This document shows, piece after piece, positions 8,750-17,786 of a stretch of 64,000 bases of DNA. The DNA comes from an uncultured delta proteobacterium. Lineage in GTDB: Bacteria; Desulfobacterota; Binatia; DP-6. How positions within the stretch are numbered: position 1 is the stretch's first letter; each line of letters begins with the position of its first letter. A program made the translations under genes and the position numbers. The DNA lies in assembly GCA_963815115.1 (NCBI GenBank), contig CAWFFN010000009.1:1-64000 (forward strand), read 5' to 3'. The notes below the pieces were generated by a model. It had not been told where the DNA came from. It did not search any database and worked only from the letters and a program-made list of their open reading frames with translations.

Positions 8750-9529
8750 ATGGACGTCGTCGCCGTTCCCCAGCTCAGCGACAATTACGCGTACCTGCTG
8801 ATCGACCCGGCATCGCGCGAGGCGGCGGTGGTCGACTGCGCCGAGGCCGACGCCGTGCTGGCGGAAGTGAAGCGACGCGGCGTCGCGCTGCGTGCCGTGC
8901 TTGCCACGCATCACCACTTCGACCACGTGGGCGGAAACCGGGATCTGCTCGCGAGCATTCCCGATCTGCGCGTGTACGGATCGGCCGCCGACGCGCCGAA
9001 GATTCCCGGCATCACCGACCGCGTCCAGGACGGCGACGCGGTCGAGGTGAGCGGGCTGCACGGTCGGGTGATCTTCATCCCCGCGCACACCAGCGGTCAC
9101 GTCGCATATCACTTTCCCGACGAGGACGCGGTGTTCACCGGCGACACGCTGTTCGCCGGCGGCTGCGGCCGGCTGTTCGAGGGCGACGCCGCCCAGATGA
9201 TGCGGTCCCTCGGCAAGCTCGCCGCGCTTCCCGATCAGACACGGGTGTTCTGCGGACACGAGTACACCGAGAAGAACCTGCAGTTCGCGCTCACCCTCGA
9301 GCCGGGGAACGCCCCGCTGGCAGCCAAGATGGCGGCGGTCCAGGCCATGCGCCGCGCGGGCAAGCCCACCGTCCCGAGCACGATCGCCGACGAGAAGGCG
9401 ACCAATCCCTTTCTGCGCACCTCGAGCACCGCGCTGGCCGCCACCGTCCGGGCACGCGTCCCCGGCCTTCCGCCGGACGATCCCGTGGCCCTCTTCGCAG
9501 CCGTGCGCGCGTTGAAGGACCGCTTCTGA
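8750..9529 (+). CDS. gloB: Hydroxyacylglutathione hydrolase (glyoxalase II)
   Basis: Motifs DNYAY, THHHFDHVGG, GDTLFAGGCGRLFEG, CGHEYT and NPFLR. Confidence 0.95.
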   Translation: MDVVAVPQLSDNYAYLLIDPASREAAVVDCAEADAVLAEVKRRGVALRAVLATHHHFDHVGGNRDLLASIPDLRVYGSAADAPKIPGITDRVQDGDAVEVSGLHGRVIFIPAHTSGHVAYHFPDEDAVFTGDTLFAGGCGRLFEGDAAQMMRSLGKLAALPDQTRVFCGHEYTEKNLQFALTLEPGNAPLAAKMAAVQAMRRAGKPTVPSTIADEKATNPFLRTSSTALAATVRARVPGLPPDDPVALFAAVRALKDRF

Positions 9530-9546
9530 GCCGATAGAGCCTCCAC

Positions 9547-10320
9547 ATGGCCGACGAAGTCCTGACCGAGTCGCGCGACCACACCTGCTTCATCACCCTC
9601 AACCGCCCCGGCAAGCGCAATGCGCTGAACGCAGCGATGATCGCGCAGCTGCGCGCCGCATTCGAGCGCGTCGCCACCGACCAGGACGTGCGCGTGGTGG
9701 TCGTGCGGGCCAACGGCCCGGCCTTCTGCGCCGGTCTCGACCTGCGCGAGATGGCAGCCCAGCGCGAGGCCGGTGAGGCCGATCTCGGGGGGCTCGAGAA
9801 GGTGCTGGAGGACCTCGAGGCGTGCCCCCAGCCGACCATCGCCGCGGTCCAGGGCGACGCCGTCGCCGGCGGCTGCGAGCTCGCGCTGCACTGCGATCTC
9901 CGGGTGGCCGCGGACACGGCGCGCTTCTCCATGCCGCTGGCCCGCATCGGTCTCGCCGTGCCGGTCACGCTCACCTGGAAGCTGGTGGACAGCATCGGGG
10001 CCGCGAAGACGAACGAGCTGCTCTTCACCGGCGAGGCCGTGGCGGCGGAGACCGCTTGCACCCTCGGCCTGGTCAACCGTGTCGTGCCGGCGGACGAGCT
10101 CGACAGCGCCCTCGAGTCCCTGGCGCGCCAGATCACGCACAACGCCCCCCTCTCGGTGCGCGCCATGAAGGCGTTCGTGCGCCGTGCCACCAGCCTGCAC
10201 CGCACGCTGCCGCGCGAGGATCTCGAGGACATGCACCGCCGCGTGCGCACGAGCGCCGATCTCCAGGAGGGTCTCGCGGCGCAGCGCGAGCGGCGGCCGC
10301 CGCGCTTCCGGGGCGAGTAG
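9547..10320 (+). CDS. Enoyl-CoA hydratase/isomerase family protein
   Basis: Motifs LNRPGKRNAL, FCAGLDL and GGCELALHCD. Confidence 0.9.
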   Translation: MADEVLTESRDHTCFITLNRPGKRNALNAAMIAQLRAAFERVATDQDVRVVVVRANGPAFCAGLDLREMAAQREAGEADLGGLEKVLEDLEACPQPTIAAVQGDAVAGGCELALHCDLRVAADTARFSMPLARIGLAVPVTLTWKLVDSIGAAKTNELLFTGEAVAAETACTLGLVNRVVPADELDSALESLARQITHNAPLSVRAMKAFVRRATSLHRTLPREDLEDMHRRVRTSADLQEGLAAQRERRPPRFRGE

Positions 10321-10348
10321 CGTCTCTCGAGCCGGCTGCTCGATCCCG

Positions 10349-12391
10349 CTACTCCAGCAACGCCTGCAGATTCTCGGGCGTATGAACGGGGGCAGAGCAG
10401 GTGAAGCCGCGACACACGTAGGCCGTCGCCCGTCCGCCGACTGCTGGTCGCTCCCGCGCCACCGCGGGAATGTCGGCCGAGCCTGGCTCGACCCGGACCA
10501 GGGTGCGGTGCGGCAGGTAGCACGGCGCGAGCGCGCGCCACAGTGCCTGGCTGTCGTCCGCCTCGCGGTCCCCGACGATGACGATCTCGATCGGTCCTTC
10601 CGACCAGTGCTCGAGCGCCTCGAGGTACGTCGGGTAGCTGAACGGGTTTTCGGCCGCCGCAGCGTGATACAGACGCAGGACCTCCTCGGCGTGCGCGCGG
10701 GGGACATCCTCGCCGGTGAGGGAATGGAGTCGCAGCAGGAACCCCGCCGCGACCGCGCTGCCCGAGGGAATGGCGCCATCCGCGCCCGACTTGCTGCGCA
10801 CGATGAGCGGCTCGCCGTCGTGCGGCGTGAAGAAGTAGCCACCGCGCTCCGTGTCGTGGAAACGCGTCTCGAGCGCCTCGGCAAGCTCGCGCACGCGCGC
10901 CACCCAGCGCGCCTCGCCGCTGGCCTCGTAGAGGTCGAGTAGCGCCGCGCCGAGGAAGGCGTGATCGTCGAGGAAGGCGTCCTGCTTGGCGATCCCCTTG
11001 GCCCACCCGTGCAGCAGCCGGCCGTCTCGCCGGACCTGATTCCACAGGAATTCCGCCGCCGCCGCCGCCGCGTCGAGATAGCGAGGCTCGTCGAGCACGC
11101 GTCCTGCCTCCGCCAGCGTGCCGATGAGCAGCGCGTTCCAGCTGGTGAGTATCTTCTCGTCACGCGCCGGCGGTACGCGGTGGCTGCGGGCCTCGAAGAG
11201 ACGACGGCGCGCCTCGGCGATCGCGGCCGCGGCGGCCGCCGGAGAACGCCCGAAGAGACCCGCCACCTGCTCGATCGTCACCGTCACGTGCGCGATGCTC
11301 TTGCCCTCGAAGTTGCCCTCGTCGGTGATGTCCCAGTAGCGGCAGACGAGGTCCACGTCCGCGGGGTCGACCACCGCCTTCACCTCGGCCGGCGTCCACA
11401 CGAAGAACTGACCTTCCTCGCCCTCGCTGTCGGCGTCGGTGGCCGCATAGAAGCCGCCGTCGGGATGCCGCATCTCGCGGAGGAGGTAGTCGAGGGTTCC
11501 CTCCACGACCGCGCGGTGCGCCGTGTCGCCCGTCACCTGGAACAGCTCCAGGTATAGCCGGGGCAGCTCCGCGTTGTCGTACAGCATCTTCTCGAAGTGG
11601 GGTACGAGCCAGCGCGCGTCCACGGAGTAACGATGGAAGCCGCCCCCGATCTGGTCGTGGATGCCTCCCTCCGCCATCCGGCGGCCGGTGAGCGACACGG
11701 CGTCGAGCAGCTCCTGGCGTCCGGTCGCGCGATGCTGACGGAGCAGCAGCTGGAGGGCCCGCGTGTGCGGGAACTTGGGCGCGCCCCCGAGACCGCCGTG
11801 TACCGAGTCGACGTGCGCCACCAGTGCCTCGGCCGCCCGTCGCGGCAGGCTCGGGTCGAGCGTCGAGGCAGCCTCGGCCGGCTCCTCCGAGCGTTGCACG
11901 CCGGCGACCAGCTGTGCGACGGCGCGGGCGACGTCGTCGGGCTTGTCACGGAAAGCGCGCGACACCGCCTCGAGCACCCGGGGAAACCCCGGCATGCCAT
12001 GGCGATCGACGGGCGGAAAGTACGTCCCGCCGTGAAACGGCCGGCCGTCGGGCGTGAGGAAGACCGTGAGCGGCCATCCCCCCCGGCCGATCATGAGCTG
12101 CACAGCCCGCATGTAGACGTCGTCGACGTCCGGCCGCTCCTCGCGGTCGACCTTGATGTTGACGAAGAGGGAGTTCATCAGACCCGCGATGGCCGGATTC
12201 TCGAAGGATTCGCGCTCCATCACGTGGCACCAGTGGCAGGCGGAGTAGCCGATCGAGAGCAGGACCGGCTTGCCCTCCGCCCGTGCCCGGGCGAACGCCG
12301 CGTTGCCCCAGGGGAACCAGTCGACCGGGTTGTGGGCGTGCTGGAGGAGGTACGGACTGGTCTCGTGGATGAGCCGGTTGGTGCCGCTCAT
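10349..12391 (-). CDS. YyaL/SPATA20-like thioredoxin-domain protein (DUF255)
   Basis: Motifs [33 protein letters not shown] and [11 protein letters not shown]. Confidence 0.92.
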   Translation of the reverse strand: MSGTNRLIHETSPYLLQHAHNPVDWFPWGNAAFARARAEGKPVLLSIGYSACHWCHVMERESFENPAIAGLMNSLFVNIKVDREERPDVDDVYMRAVQLMIGRGGWPLTVFLTPDGRPFHGGTYFPPVDRHGMPGFPRVLEAVSRAFRDKPDDVARAVAQLVAGVQRSEEPAEAASTLDPSLPRRAAEALVAHVDSVHGGLGGAPKFPHTRALQLLLRQHRATGRQELLDAVSLTGRRMAEGGIHDQIGGGFHRYSVDARWLVPHFEKMLYDNAELPRLYLELFQVTGDTAHRAVVEGTLDYLLREMRHPDGGFYAATDADSEGEEGQFFVWTPAEVKAVVDPADVDLVCRYWDITDEGNFEGKSIAHVTVTIEQVAGLFGRSPAAAAAAIAEARRRLFEARSHRVPPARDEKILTSWNALLIGTLAEAGRVLDEPRYLDAAAAAAEFLWNQVRRDGRLLHGWAKGIAKQDAFLDDHAFLGAALLDLYEASGEARWVARVRELAEALETRFHDTERGGYFFTPHDGEPLIVRSKSGADGAIPSGSAVAAGFLLRLHSLTGEDVPRAHAEEVLRLYHAAAAENPFSYPTYLEALEHWSEGPIEIVIVGDREADDSQALWRALAPCYLPHRTLVRVEPGSADIPAVARERPAVGGRATAYVCRGFTCSAPVHTPENLQALLE

Positions 12392-12469
12392 GCAGCCATG
12401 CTGGCATCCCCGCCACTCAGCGGCAACCTACGTTGACACCCGGACAGGGGCGAGCTAGCAAGCCAGCCC

Positions 12470-12697
12470 ATGCGTACCGTCTTCGTGGCGGAGTATCCGG
12501 CCGTGCAGCATCGGCACCCCAACGGAGACATCGTGACCGTGCGGCTCAAGCGTCAGAGCGGCGCGTACCGGGCGACTTGCCGCGGCTGCGATACCGAGTT
12601 CGTCTACCGAAAGCCCGCCGCCAGCCGCATCCGTCATCACAAGTCTCCGCTGCTCCCACCCGTCAAGGGAAACTTCGACGACGCCGGAGAGCATTGA
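12470..12697 (+). CDS. Small hypothetical protein with HxH and CxxC (possible zinc ribbon)
   Basis: 75-aa ORF filling the intergenic gap, with QHRHP and CRGC. Confidence 0.45.
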   Translation: MRTVFVAEYPAVQHRHPNGDIVTVRLKRQSGAYRATCRGCDTEFVYRKPAASRIRHHKSPLLPPVKGNFDDAGEH

Positions 12698-12733
12698 TTT
12701 TCTGTGCTTTACTGACTTTCCCGCGTCGCGGAC

Positions 12734-12762
12734 TTGACAGGAACGTCTCGGTTCAATAAATC
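12734..12762 (+). promoter_or_regulatory. Sigma70-type promoter candidate for the riboswitch-rlpA transcript
   Basis: TTGACA at 12734-12739 and an AT-rich -10 region (CAATAAAT) about 16-17 bp downstream. Confidence 0.55.
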
Positions 12763-12784
12763 GCGCCGCGAATAAAAATCTCTC

Positions 12785-12918
12785 GACGCCGAATCCCCGA
12801 GAAAGGGGAGCGGAGGACCCAGTGTGTGGGGTGAATCTCGGGCGGCTCGCGTAGCGTCCGAGACGGGCAAGCTCTTTGTCCCGAACCCGTCAGCTAACTT
12901 CGTAGGCGTACAAGGAGC
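12785..12918 (+). ncRNA. Cyclic di-AMP (ydaO/yuaA) riboswitch
   Basis: Conserved blocks CGCCGAATCC, GGAGGACCC, TGGGGTGAATC and CCCGAACCCGTCAGCTAAC-TCGTAGGCG. P1 is ACGCC/GGCGT. GCTCTTTGT (12871-79) pairs with ACAAGGAGC (12910-18), which contains the SD. Confidence 0.9.
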
Positions 12919-12924
12919 GGGATC

Positions 12925-13338
12925 ATGCAGACCGTGCCCTCACGGGCCGGGGGAGCGATCCCTCGGCCCGTTCTTTTTGTGCTCGCGCTCAGTGTGTGCC
13001 TTCTCGGCGCCACTGCGGTACGCGCAGACCTGGGACCGGACGACTATCCGCAACCCAGTCTCGGCAGGGCGTCCTTCTACGGCTACGGGTTCGCTGGCCG
13101 AAAGACTGCCAGCGGCACCACGTTCCGCCCCGAGGAGCTGACGGCAGCCCATCGCTCGCTACCGCTCGGCACCAGGGTGCGGGTGACGAACCTGGACAAC
13201 GGGCGTTCCGTCCTCGTGACCATCACGGACCGCGGACCCTACGTACGCGGCCGCAGTCTCGATCTCTCGCTCGGCGCGGCACGTGAGCTCGGCATGGTGC
13301 AGCGAGGAGTCACCTCGGTCCTGTTTCAACTCTTGTGA
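12925..13338 (+). CDS. rlpA: Septal ring lytic transglycosylase RlpA family (DPBB domain) protein
   Basis: Signal peptide, then ASFYG, TASG, TAAHRSLPLGT, ITDRGPY and DLS. Confidence 0.9.
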   Translation: MQTVPSRAGGAIPRPVLFVLALSVCLLGATAVRADLGPDDYPQPSLGRASFYGYGFAGRKTASGTTFRPEELTAAHRSLPLGTRVRVTNLDNGRSVLVTITDRGPYVRGRSLDLSLGAARELGMVQRGVTSVLFQLL

Positions 13339-13341
13339 CGT

Positions 13342-13538
13342 CGGGCAAGCCCGAGCATGCCGGCGTCTGGGGAAGTCGGTGTGCTCGGGTTTGCTCGCGA
13401 CTCGGAGACACGTGGCGTCGCCACGTGCCTGGGAGAGCGTCCCGAGAAGTGCGGCGGTGCGGTGGCGCAGCGGATCTCGGGGCGCTCTCCGGTTTCCGAG
13501 GCCCGGCTCTCGAGCGAGCGCTGCTGGTCTCGAGAGCC
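13342..13538 (+). ncRNA. Putative structured RNA (multi-hairpin) between convergent rlpA and purM
   Basis: 23-bp stem at 13342-13397 with 5 G-U pairs, a multibranch domain at 13401-13500 and a hairpin at 13505-13538. Non-Watson-Crick pairs in the main stems are G-U on the + strand. Confidence 0.55.
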
Positions 13539-14614
13539 TAGGTCCGCGTGAACTTCCCATCGCGGCCGGTCAGGCCGCGGGGATGGATACGGATCGTTCG
13601 TTCGGGATCGTCCGTGGCGTGTCCCAGGTCGTGCACCGTGACGCCCGCTGCCTCGAGGATTGTCCGGGCACGTCCGGCGCCCTCCGGCGCCACGACCAGC
13701 GCGAAACCGATCCCCATGTTGAAGGCGCGATACATCTCCTCCTCCGGGACGGCGCCGAGCCGTTGGATGAGCGAGAAGATGGGCGGCGGCTCGGGCCAGC
13801 GTTCGACGTCGAACCCCACCGGACGGGTCGTGCGTACAAGGTTGAACAGCCCGTCGCCAGTGATGTGCGCGAGCGCCCGTACTGCGACGCCTGATTCGAG
13901 GACCGCGAGCACCGGCCGCACGTAGATCCGGGTGGGGCGCAGTAGCTCCTCGCCGAGGCTGCATCCAAGCTCCGGCACGTGCGCGTCCAGCTCGAGCTTG
14001 CCTCGTTGAAGCAGCGCCTGCCGCGCCAGCGTGAAGCCATTCGAGTGCAGCCCACTGCTCTCGAGTCCGAGGAGGATGTCTCCCGCGCGAATCGAGGCAC
14101 CCGTGAGCATCCGATCGAGAGCGACGGTGCCAATCGCGGTACCCACCAGATCGAACCCGCGACCCGGGACGATGCCGCGGATCATCTCGCGGACCTGCGC
14201 CAGCTCTCCTCCCGGGCAGCTCACACCAGCCAGCTCGCAGCCCCGAGCAATGCCTTCTCCGAGCGGTCCGAGCACCTCGGGGTCGGCCTCCTCGACGGCG
14301 ATGTAGTCGACCAGCGCGATCGGCCGGGCACCGACGCACAGCACGTCGTTGACGTTCATCGCGACGCAGTCGATGCCGACCGTGTCGTAGCGCCCGACGG
14401 CCTGCGCCACCAGGAGCTTGGTCCCGACGCCGTCGGTGGAGATGGCGATGCCAAGGTTGTCGGCGACGGGCACGACGTTGGCAAAGTACCCGATGTCGAG
14501 CGCGGGCCGGGACGCTCCCGCATGCTCAAACGTGGGTCTGATCCAGCGCAGCAGCGAGCCGAGTCCCGAGCCAACGGACCGCACGCCAACGTCGTGCTCG
14601 GTGAGCGGTCGCAT
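13538..14614 (-). CDS. purM: Phosphoribosylformylglycinamidine cyclo-ligase (AIR synthetase)
   Basis: Motifs TDGVGTK, GIDCVAMNVND, SSGLHSNG, AHITG and FNMGIG. Confidence 0.93.
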   Translation of the reverse strand: MRPLTEHDVGVRSVGSGLGSLLRWIRPTFEHAGASRPALDIGYFANVVPVADNLGIAISTDGVGTKLLVAQAVGRYDTVGIDCVAMNVNDVLCVGARPIALVDYIAVEEADPEVLGPLGEGIARGCELAGVSCPGGELAQVREMIRGIVPGRGFDLVGTAIGTVALDRMLTGASIRAGDILLGLESSGLHSNGFTLARQALLQRGKLELDAHVPELGCSLGEELLRPTRIYVRPVLAVLESGVAVRALAHITGDGLFNLVRTTRPVGFDVERWPEPPPIFSLIQRLGAVPEEEMYRAFNMGIGFALVVAPEGAGRARTILEAAGVTVHDLGHATDDPERTIRIHPRGLTGRDGKFTRT

Positions 14615-14746
14615 CGACCTCACCCTCCCCGGCGCGTCGTCTGGGGGCCGATGCGCCGGAGAGGTGGGGTACTGCGATCGATTTTCGCCATCACGCCCTC
14701 GGTGAGGGCGCGCGAAGTATCGCAGGAAGAACGAAGACCGTAAAGG

Positions 14747-15208
14747 CTAAGCGCTGTGCCTGAGCCCGGCAGCGCGGCCGGTGATCATGTGACGCGATCC
14801 GTTCACGCGGCGGAAAGGAAATCGCACAACGTTGCCGGTCGCGGCCGGCGCGCGACGCTGCACGTCCTTCCATCGACCCAGGCCCGTGCGGAGATATTCC
14901 GGGTCGAGGCCCAGCGCCTGGCTGATGTTGACGAAGGAGTACGGCCAGTCGCCCTCGTCAGCGGCGAACCAATCCTCGACCTCGGCGAAGAGCCGCTGTC
15001 CTGCCCTCTCCCGGGCGTTGACGTACTTCTGGAAGGTCCCGACCGCGTCCTCGAGCACCGCCAGCATCAGGCGCTTCTCGGCCTGAAGCGAGGCATCGAC
15101 CGCCGGCATGCTGAAGTATTGCGACGGCAGTACGGCTTCGGGCTCGAGCTCGACCGCTCCGCCACCCCTTAGTCCAACGCTTCGTTCCGACTCCGCTGTT
15201 GGCGTCAT
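14747..15208 (-). CDS. Conserved hypothetical protein (EKRLMLAVLEDA...W..SFVNI...LGLDP type)
   Basis: Globular, helical-looking ORF with strongly GC3-biased codons; start uncertain (15208 or downstream). Confidence 0.75.
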   Translation of the reverse strand: MTPTAESERSVGLRGGGAVELEPEAVLPSQYFSMPAVDASLQAEKRLMLAVLEDAVGTFQKYVNARERAGQRLFAEVEDWFAADEGDWPYSFVNISQALGLDPEYLRTGLGRWKDVQRRAPAATGNVVRFPFRRVNGSRHMITGRAAGLRHSA

Positions 15209-15220
15209 GCTCCGTGAGGA

Positions 15221-15237
15221 TGCCAACCGCGTGCCAG
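15221..15237 (-). promoter_or_regulatory. Sigma54-type -24/-12 promoter
   Basis: Minus strand reads CTGGCACGCGGTTGGCA (TGGCAC..., GG-N10-GC), directly upstream of the 14747-15208 ORF. Confidence 0.6.
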
Positions 15238-15356
15238 CGTTCCATCGGCTTCAGTCCCGCGTCGTTATTGAGACTTGCGACGGCGTGGTGTGAAACGGTC
15301 GTAACAAAACGTGACCGGCGAGTGGCATAGCATCACACCACCAGCCAATTGTACCG

Positions 15357-16226
15357 TCAGCCGGCCGGCTCTCCAGCACGTCCCGAACGACCCTCGAGCG
15401 ACGCCGTTACGCCCTCGACCAGCCGCCGGGTACGACGGAGTACCCGTCCCAGAGCGCCTGCGTCTCCCGTCTCCACCTGGGAACGCTCCAACCTTCGCAG
15501 GCTCCGGTTGAGACGCCGGGCCGCCAGGACTGCCTCCCGGATCGGGGAGCGCTTGCCCGCAGCCGAGATGCGCTCCGCCCGGAACTGCCGGACCGACATG
15601 GCTTCCAGCTTGAGGCGGTTCCACAGCGTGATGGCCGACTCCGCGTCCGGGTGCCTGGCGATGCCCATCAGCACCTCGCGAGAGAATGTCCTGCCCTCCT
15701 GGTGCAGGTCGGACTTGACCGCGCTCGGCAGCCGGGTGAGCGCGAGGGTGTTCGACACGTATGGTCGGCTCTTGCCGAGCAGGTCGGCGACCTCCCGGTG
15801 GCTGTACCCGTGACGCTCGACCAGCGTCGCCAGTGCCTCCGCCTCCTCGAGCGGCTCCAGGTCTTCCCGCTGCAGGTTCTCGATGAGCGCGATCTCGAGC
15901 GCGTCGCCGCCCTCGCGGACGACTGCAGGCAAGCGATCCAGCCCGGCCAGCCGCGCCGCCCGGAAGCGACGCTCGCCCGCCAGGAGCTGGTATCCCCCCT
16001 CGGCGCGCCGGCGTACCACGATGGGTTGCAGCAGACCGCGCTCGAGGATGGACGCCGCCAGCTCGGCCAGCTTGTCCTCGGCGAAATGCCGCCGTGGCTG
16101 CTCCGGGTTGGGCTCCACCGATGCCAGCGTCACCACCGTGAGCACCGTGCGCTGGCGCCGCCCCACGGTTGCGGCGACCGCCAGGGAGCGCCGCGCCCCC
16201 TCGGTCTCGGGCACCTCCGACCACAT
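15357..16226 (-). CDS. Second (orphan) ParB/Spo0J/Noc-family protein
   Basis: NPEQPRRHF, GLLQPI, CTP-binding AGERRFRAA, LIENLQREDL and HTH (SHREVADLLGKSRPYVSNTL). Confidence 0.88.
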   Translation of the reverse strand: MWSEVPETEGARRSLAVAATVGRRQRTVLTVVTLASVEPNPEQPRRHFAEDKLAELAASILERGLLQPIVVRRRAEGGYQLLAGERRFRAARLAGLDRLPAVVREGGDALEIALIENLQREDLEPLEEAEALATLVERHGYSHREVADLLGKSRPYVSNTLALTRLPSAVKSDLHQEGRTFSREVLMGIARHPDAESAITLWNRLKLEAMSVRQFRAERISAAGKRSPIREAVLAARRLNRSLRRLERSQVETGDAGALGRVLRRTRRLVEGVTASLEGRSGRAGEPAG

Positions 16227-16298
16227 ACGCCACCTCCGCCCCGACCAGCTCCGCTCCCGTGCCCGATCGCGGAGCGAACCGCCTCCTCGAGTGCCGCC

Positions 16299-16340
16299 GC
16301 CGCACCGGCCGGGGGGCGGCTCGACCCCGGCCGGTGCGGC
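16299..16340 (-). terminator. GC-rich hairpin after atpE
   Basis: GCCGCACCGGCCGGGG...CCCCGGCCGGTGCGGC just after the atpE stop; no U-tract. Confidence 0.45.
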
Positions 16341-16345
16341 GCCGA

Positions 16346-16663
16346 TCAGAGCCTACTCGAGAGATTGAAGGCGATCACCAGAGCGTAGAGAGCCAGCGCT
16401 TCCATCAGCGCCAAGCCGACTATGAGCGGCGTGAAGACACGGTCAGCCGAATTCGGATTGCGGCCGATCGATTCCATGGCTGCCGCCGTCGCCCGTCCCT
16501 GACCCAGGGCGGCGCCAAACGCGGCGAGTCCGAGCCCCAGCCCGGCAGCGAGGGCGATGAGCCCCCTATCCATCCCGCCCCCTCCCCCGGCCGTCTCCGC
16601 GAAGGCCGGAGTGGTCAGCAGGAGCGCTGCCATGACGATTCCGAAGATCCTTGCCAGCTTCAT
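16346..16663 (-). CDS. atpE: ATP synthase F0 subunit c
   Basis: GLGLGLAAFGAALGQG, RNP loop and essential Glu (LMEALALY). Confidence 0.95.
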   Translation of the reverse strand: MKLARIFGIVMAALLLTTPAFAETAGGGGGMDRGLIALAAGLGLGLAAFGAALGQGRATAAAMESIGRNPNSADRVFTPLIVGLALMEALALYALVIAFNLSSRL

Positions 16664-16749
16664 GTACTTCCCCCTTCAGCGGCCGTCCGCTTCCCTTCCA
16701 CGCCGCCTCTATCCTCCTCTCCCACCGGGCGACGGCCGAAGATCAGAAC

Positions 16750-17433
16750 CTAGTGCTCATGCGCCGCGGCTAGCGAGATGTAGATCGCGCTCAGCATCGT
16801 GAACACGAACGCCTGCACGACGCAGACGAATGCGCCGAGCACGTAGAACATCACCGGGATCACCAGCTTCGTGAGGCTCGTGAAGATGCTCACGACCTCG
16901 TGATCGGCGAACATGTTTGCGAAGAGCCGGATGCCCAGCGAGATCGGCCTGAAGGCATGGCTGAAGAGCTCGACCAGCAGCATCAGCGGAGCGAGCCAGA
17001 TCACCGGGCCCAGAAGATGCCTGAGGTGCCCCCCGACGCCGTGCTCCTGCATCCCGTACGCGTTGTAGGCCAGGAACGAGATCAGCCCGAGGGCCAGCGT
17101 GGTGTTGAAGTTGGAGGTCGGCGGCACGAACCCGGGCACGAGGCCGAGGAGGTTGGCGAGCAGGATGAAGACGAAGAACGCGGCGAGGAGGGGAACGCAG
17201 CGCTCGTAGTGATGCCCGATGACGCCCTCGGCGAGGCCGCTGATGGCCTCGACGACCACCTCGGCCACGTTTCGAGCCGTCACGCCGTTCTCGGGCTCGA
17301 GCGCCGCCTCGGTATCGACCAGCTTGGGTCGTACCCACAGCGCGAAGACGAGCAGGAGGAGCCCGACCAGCAGAGCGGTGGCGACGTGCTCGGGAATCGG
17401 CAGCCCGTGAAGCCAGGTGAACCCGTGTTCCAT
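16750..17433 (-). CDS. atpB: ATP synthase F0 subunit a
   Basis: Motifs NLLGLVPG..PT, RPISLGIRLFANM and QAFVFTMLS. Confidence 0.95.
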   Translation of the reverse strand: MEHGFTWLHGLPIPEHVATALLVGLLLLVFALWVRPKLVDTEAALEPENGVTARNVAEVVVEAISGLAEGVIGHHYERCVPLLAAFFVFILLANLLGLVPGFVPPTSNFNTTLALGLISFLAYNAYGMQEHGVGGHLRHLLGPVIWLAPLMLLVELFSHAFRPISLGIRLFANMFADHEVVSIFTSLTKLVIPVMFYVLGAFVCVVQAFVFTMLSAIYISLAAAHEH

Positions 17434-17786
17434 CAGCCCTTTCGTGCCCGGATTGCTTCCCACACCGCCGCCACGGGCATGCAGCTCACCCCCACCGCGA
17501 ATCCCAGCGGGTCCGGCCGCAGCTCTTCGGATGCTGAGAAGACCAGCCAGCCGAGCCCCAGGAAGGCCGCGAGCTTAACAAACAGAATCCCGATCGCCAA
17601 ACGCGTGCTCTGCCGGCGCAGGACGAGCGTGAAGCCAGCGGCGTAGAGGAACAGCGAGAGACCGATCGCCCCACCTCCCACGACGAGGCCCCAAAGATGC
17701 TGCCTGGCCCAGACCGCCGCCAGACCCGCCAGCACGCCGACCAGCGCCCAGTGCCGTAGCTGTACCCGCGCGAGGCTAGGCGCCAT
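17433..17786 (-). CDS. atpI: ATP synthase subunit I-like membrane protein
   Basis: Four hydrophobic segments, positioned just upstream of atpB with overlapping stop/start. Confidence 0.7.
   Translation of the reverse strand: MAPSLARVQLRHWALVGVLAGLAAVWARQHLWGLVVGGGAIGLSLFLYAAGFTLVLRRQSTRLAIGILFVKLAAFLGLGWLVFSASEELRPDPLGFAVGVSCMPVAAVWEAIRARKG

Noticed and set aside
16346-16663. Na+-translocating c subunit
   Set aside because: It has Gln and Glu, but Ala rather than Ser/Thr follows the Glu (EALALY), so it is more likely H+-coupled.
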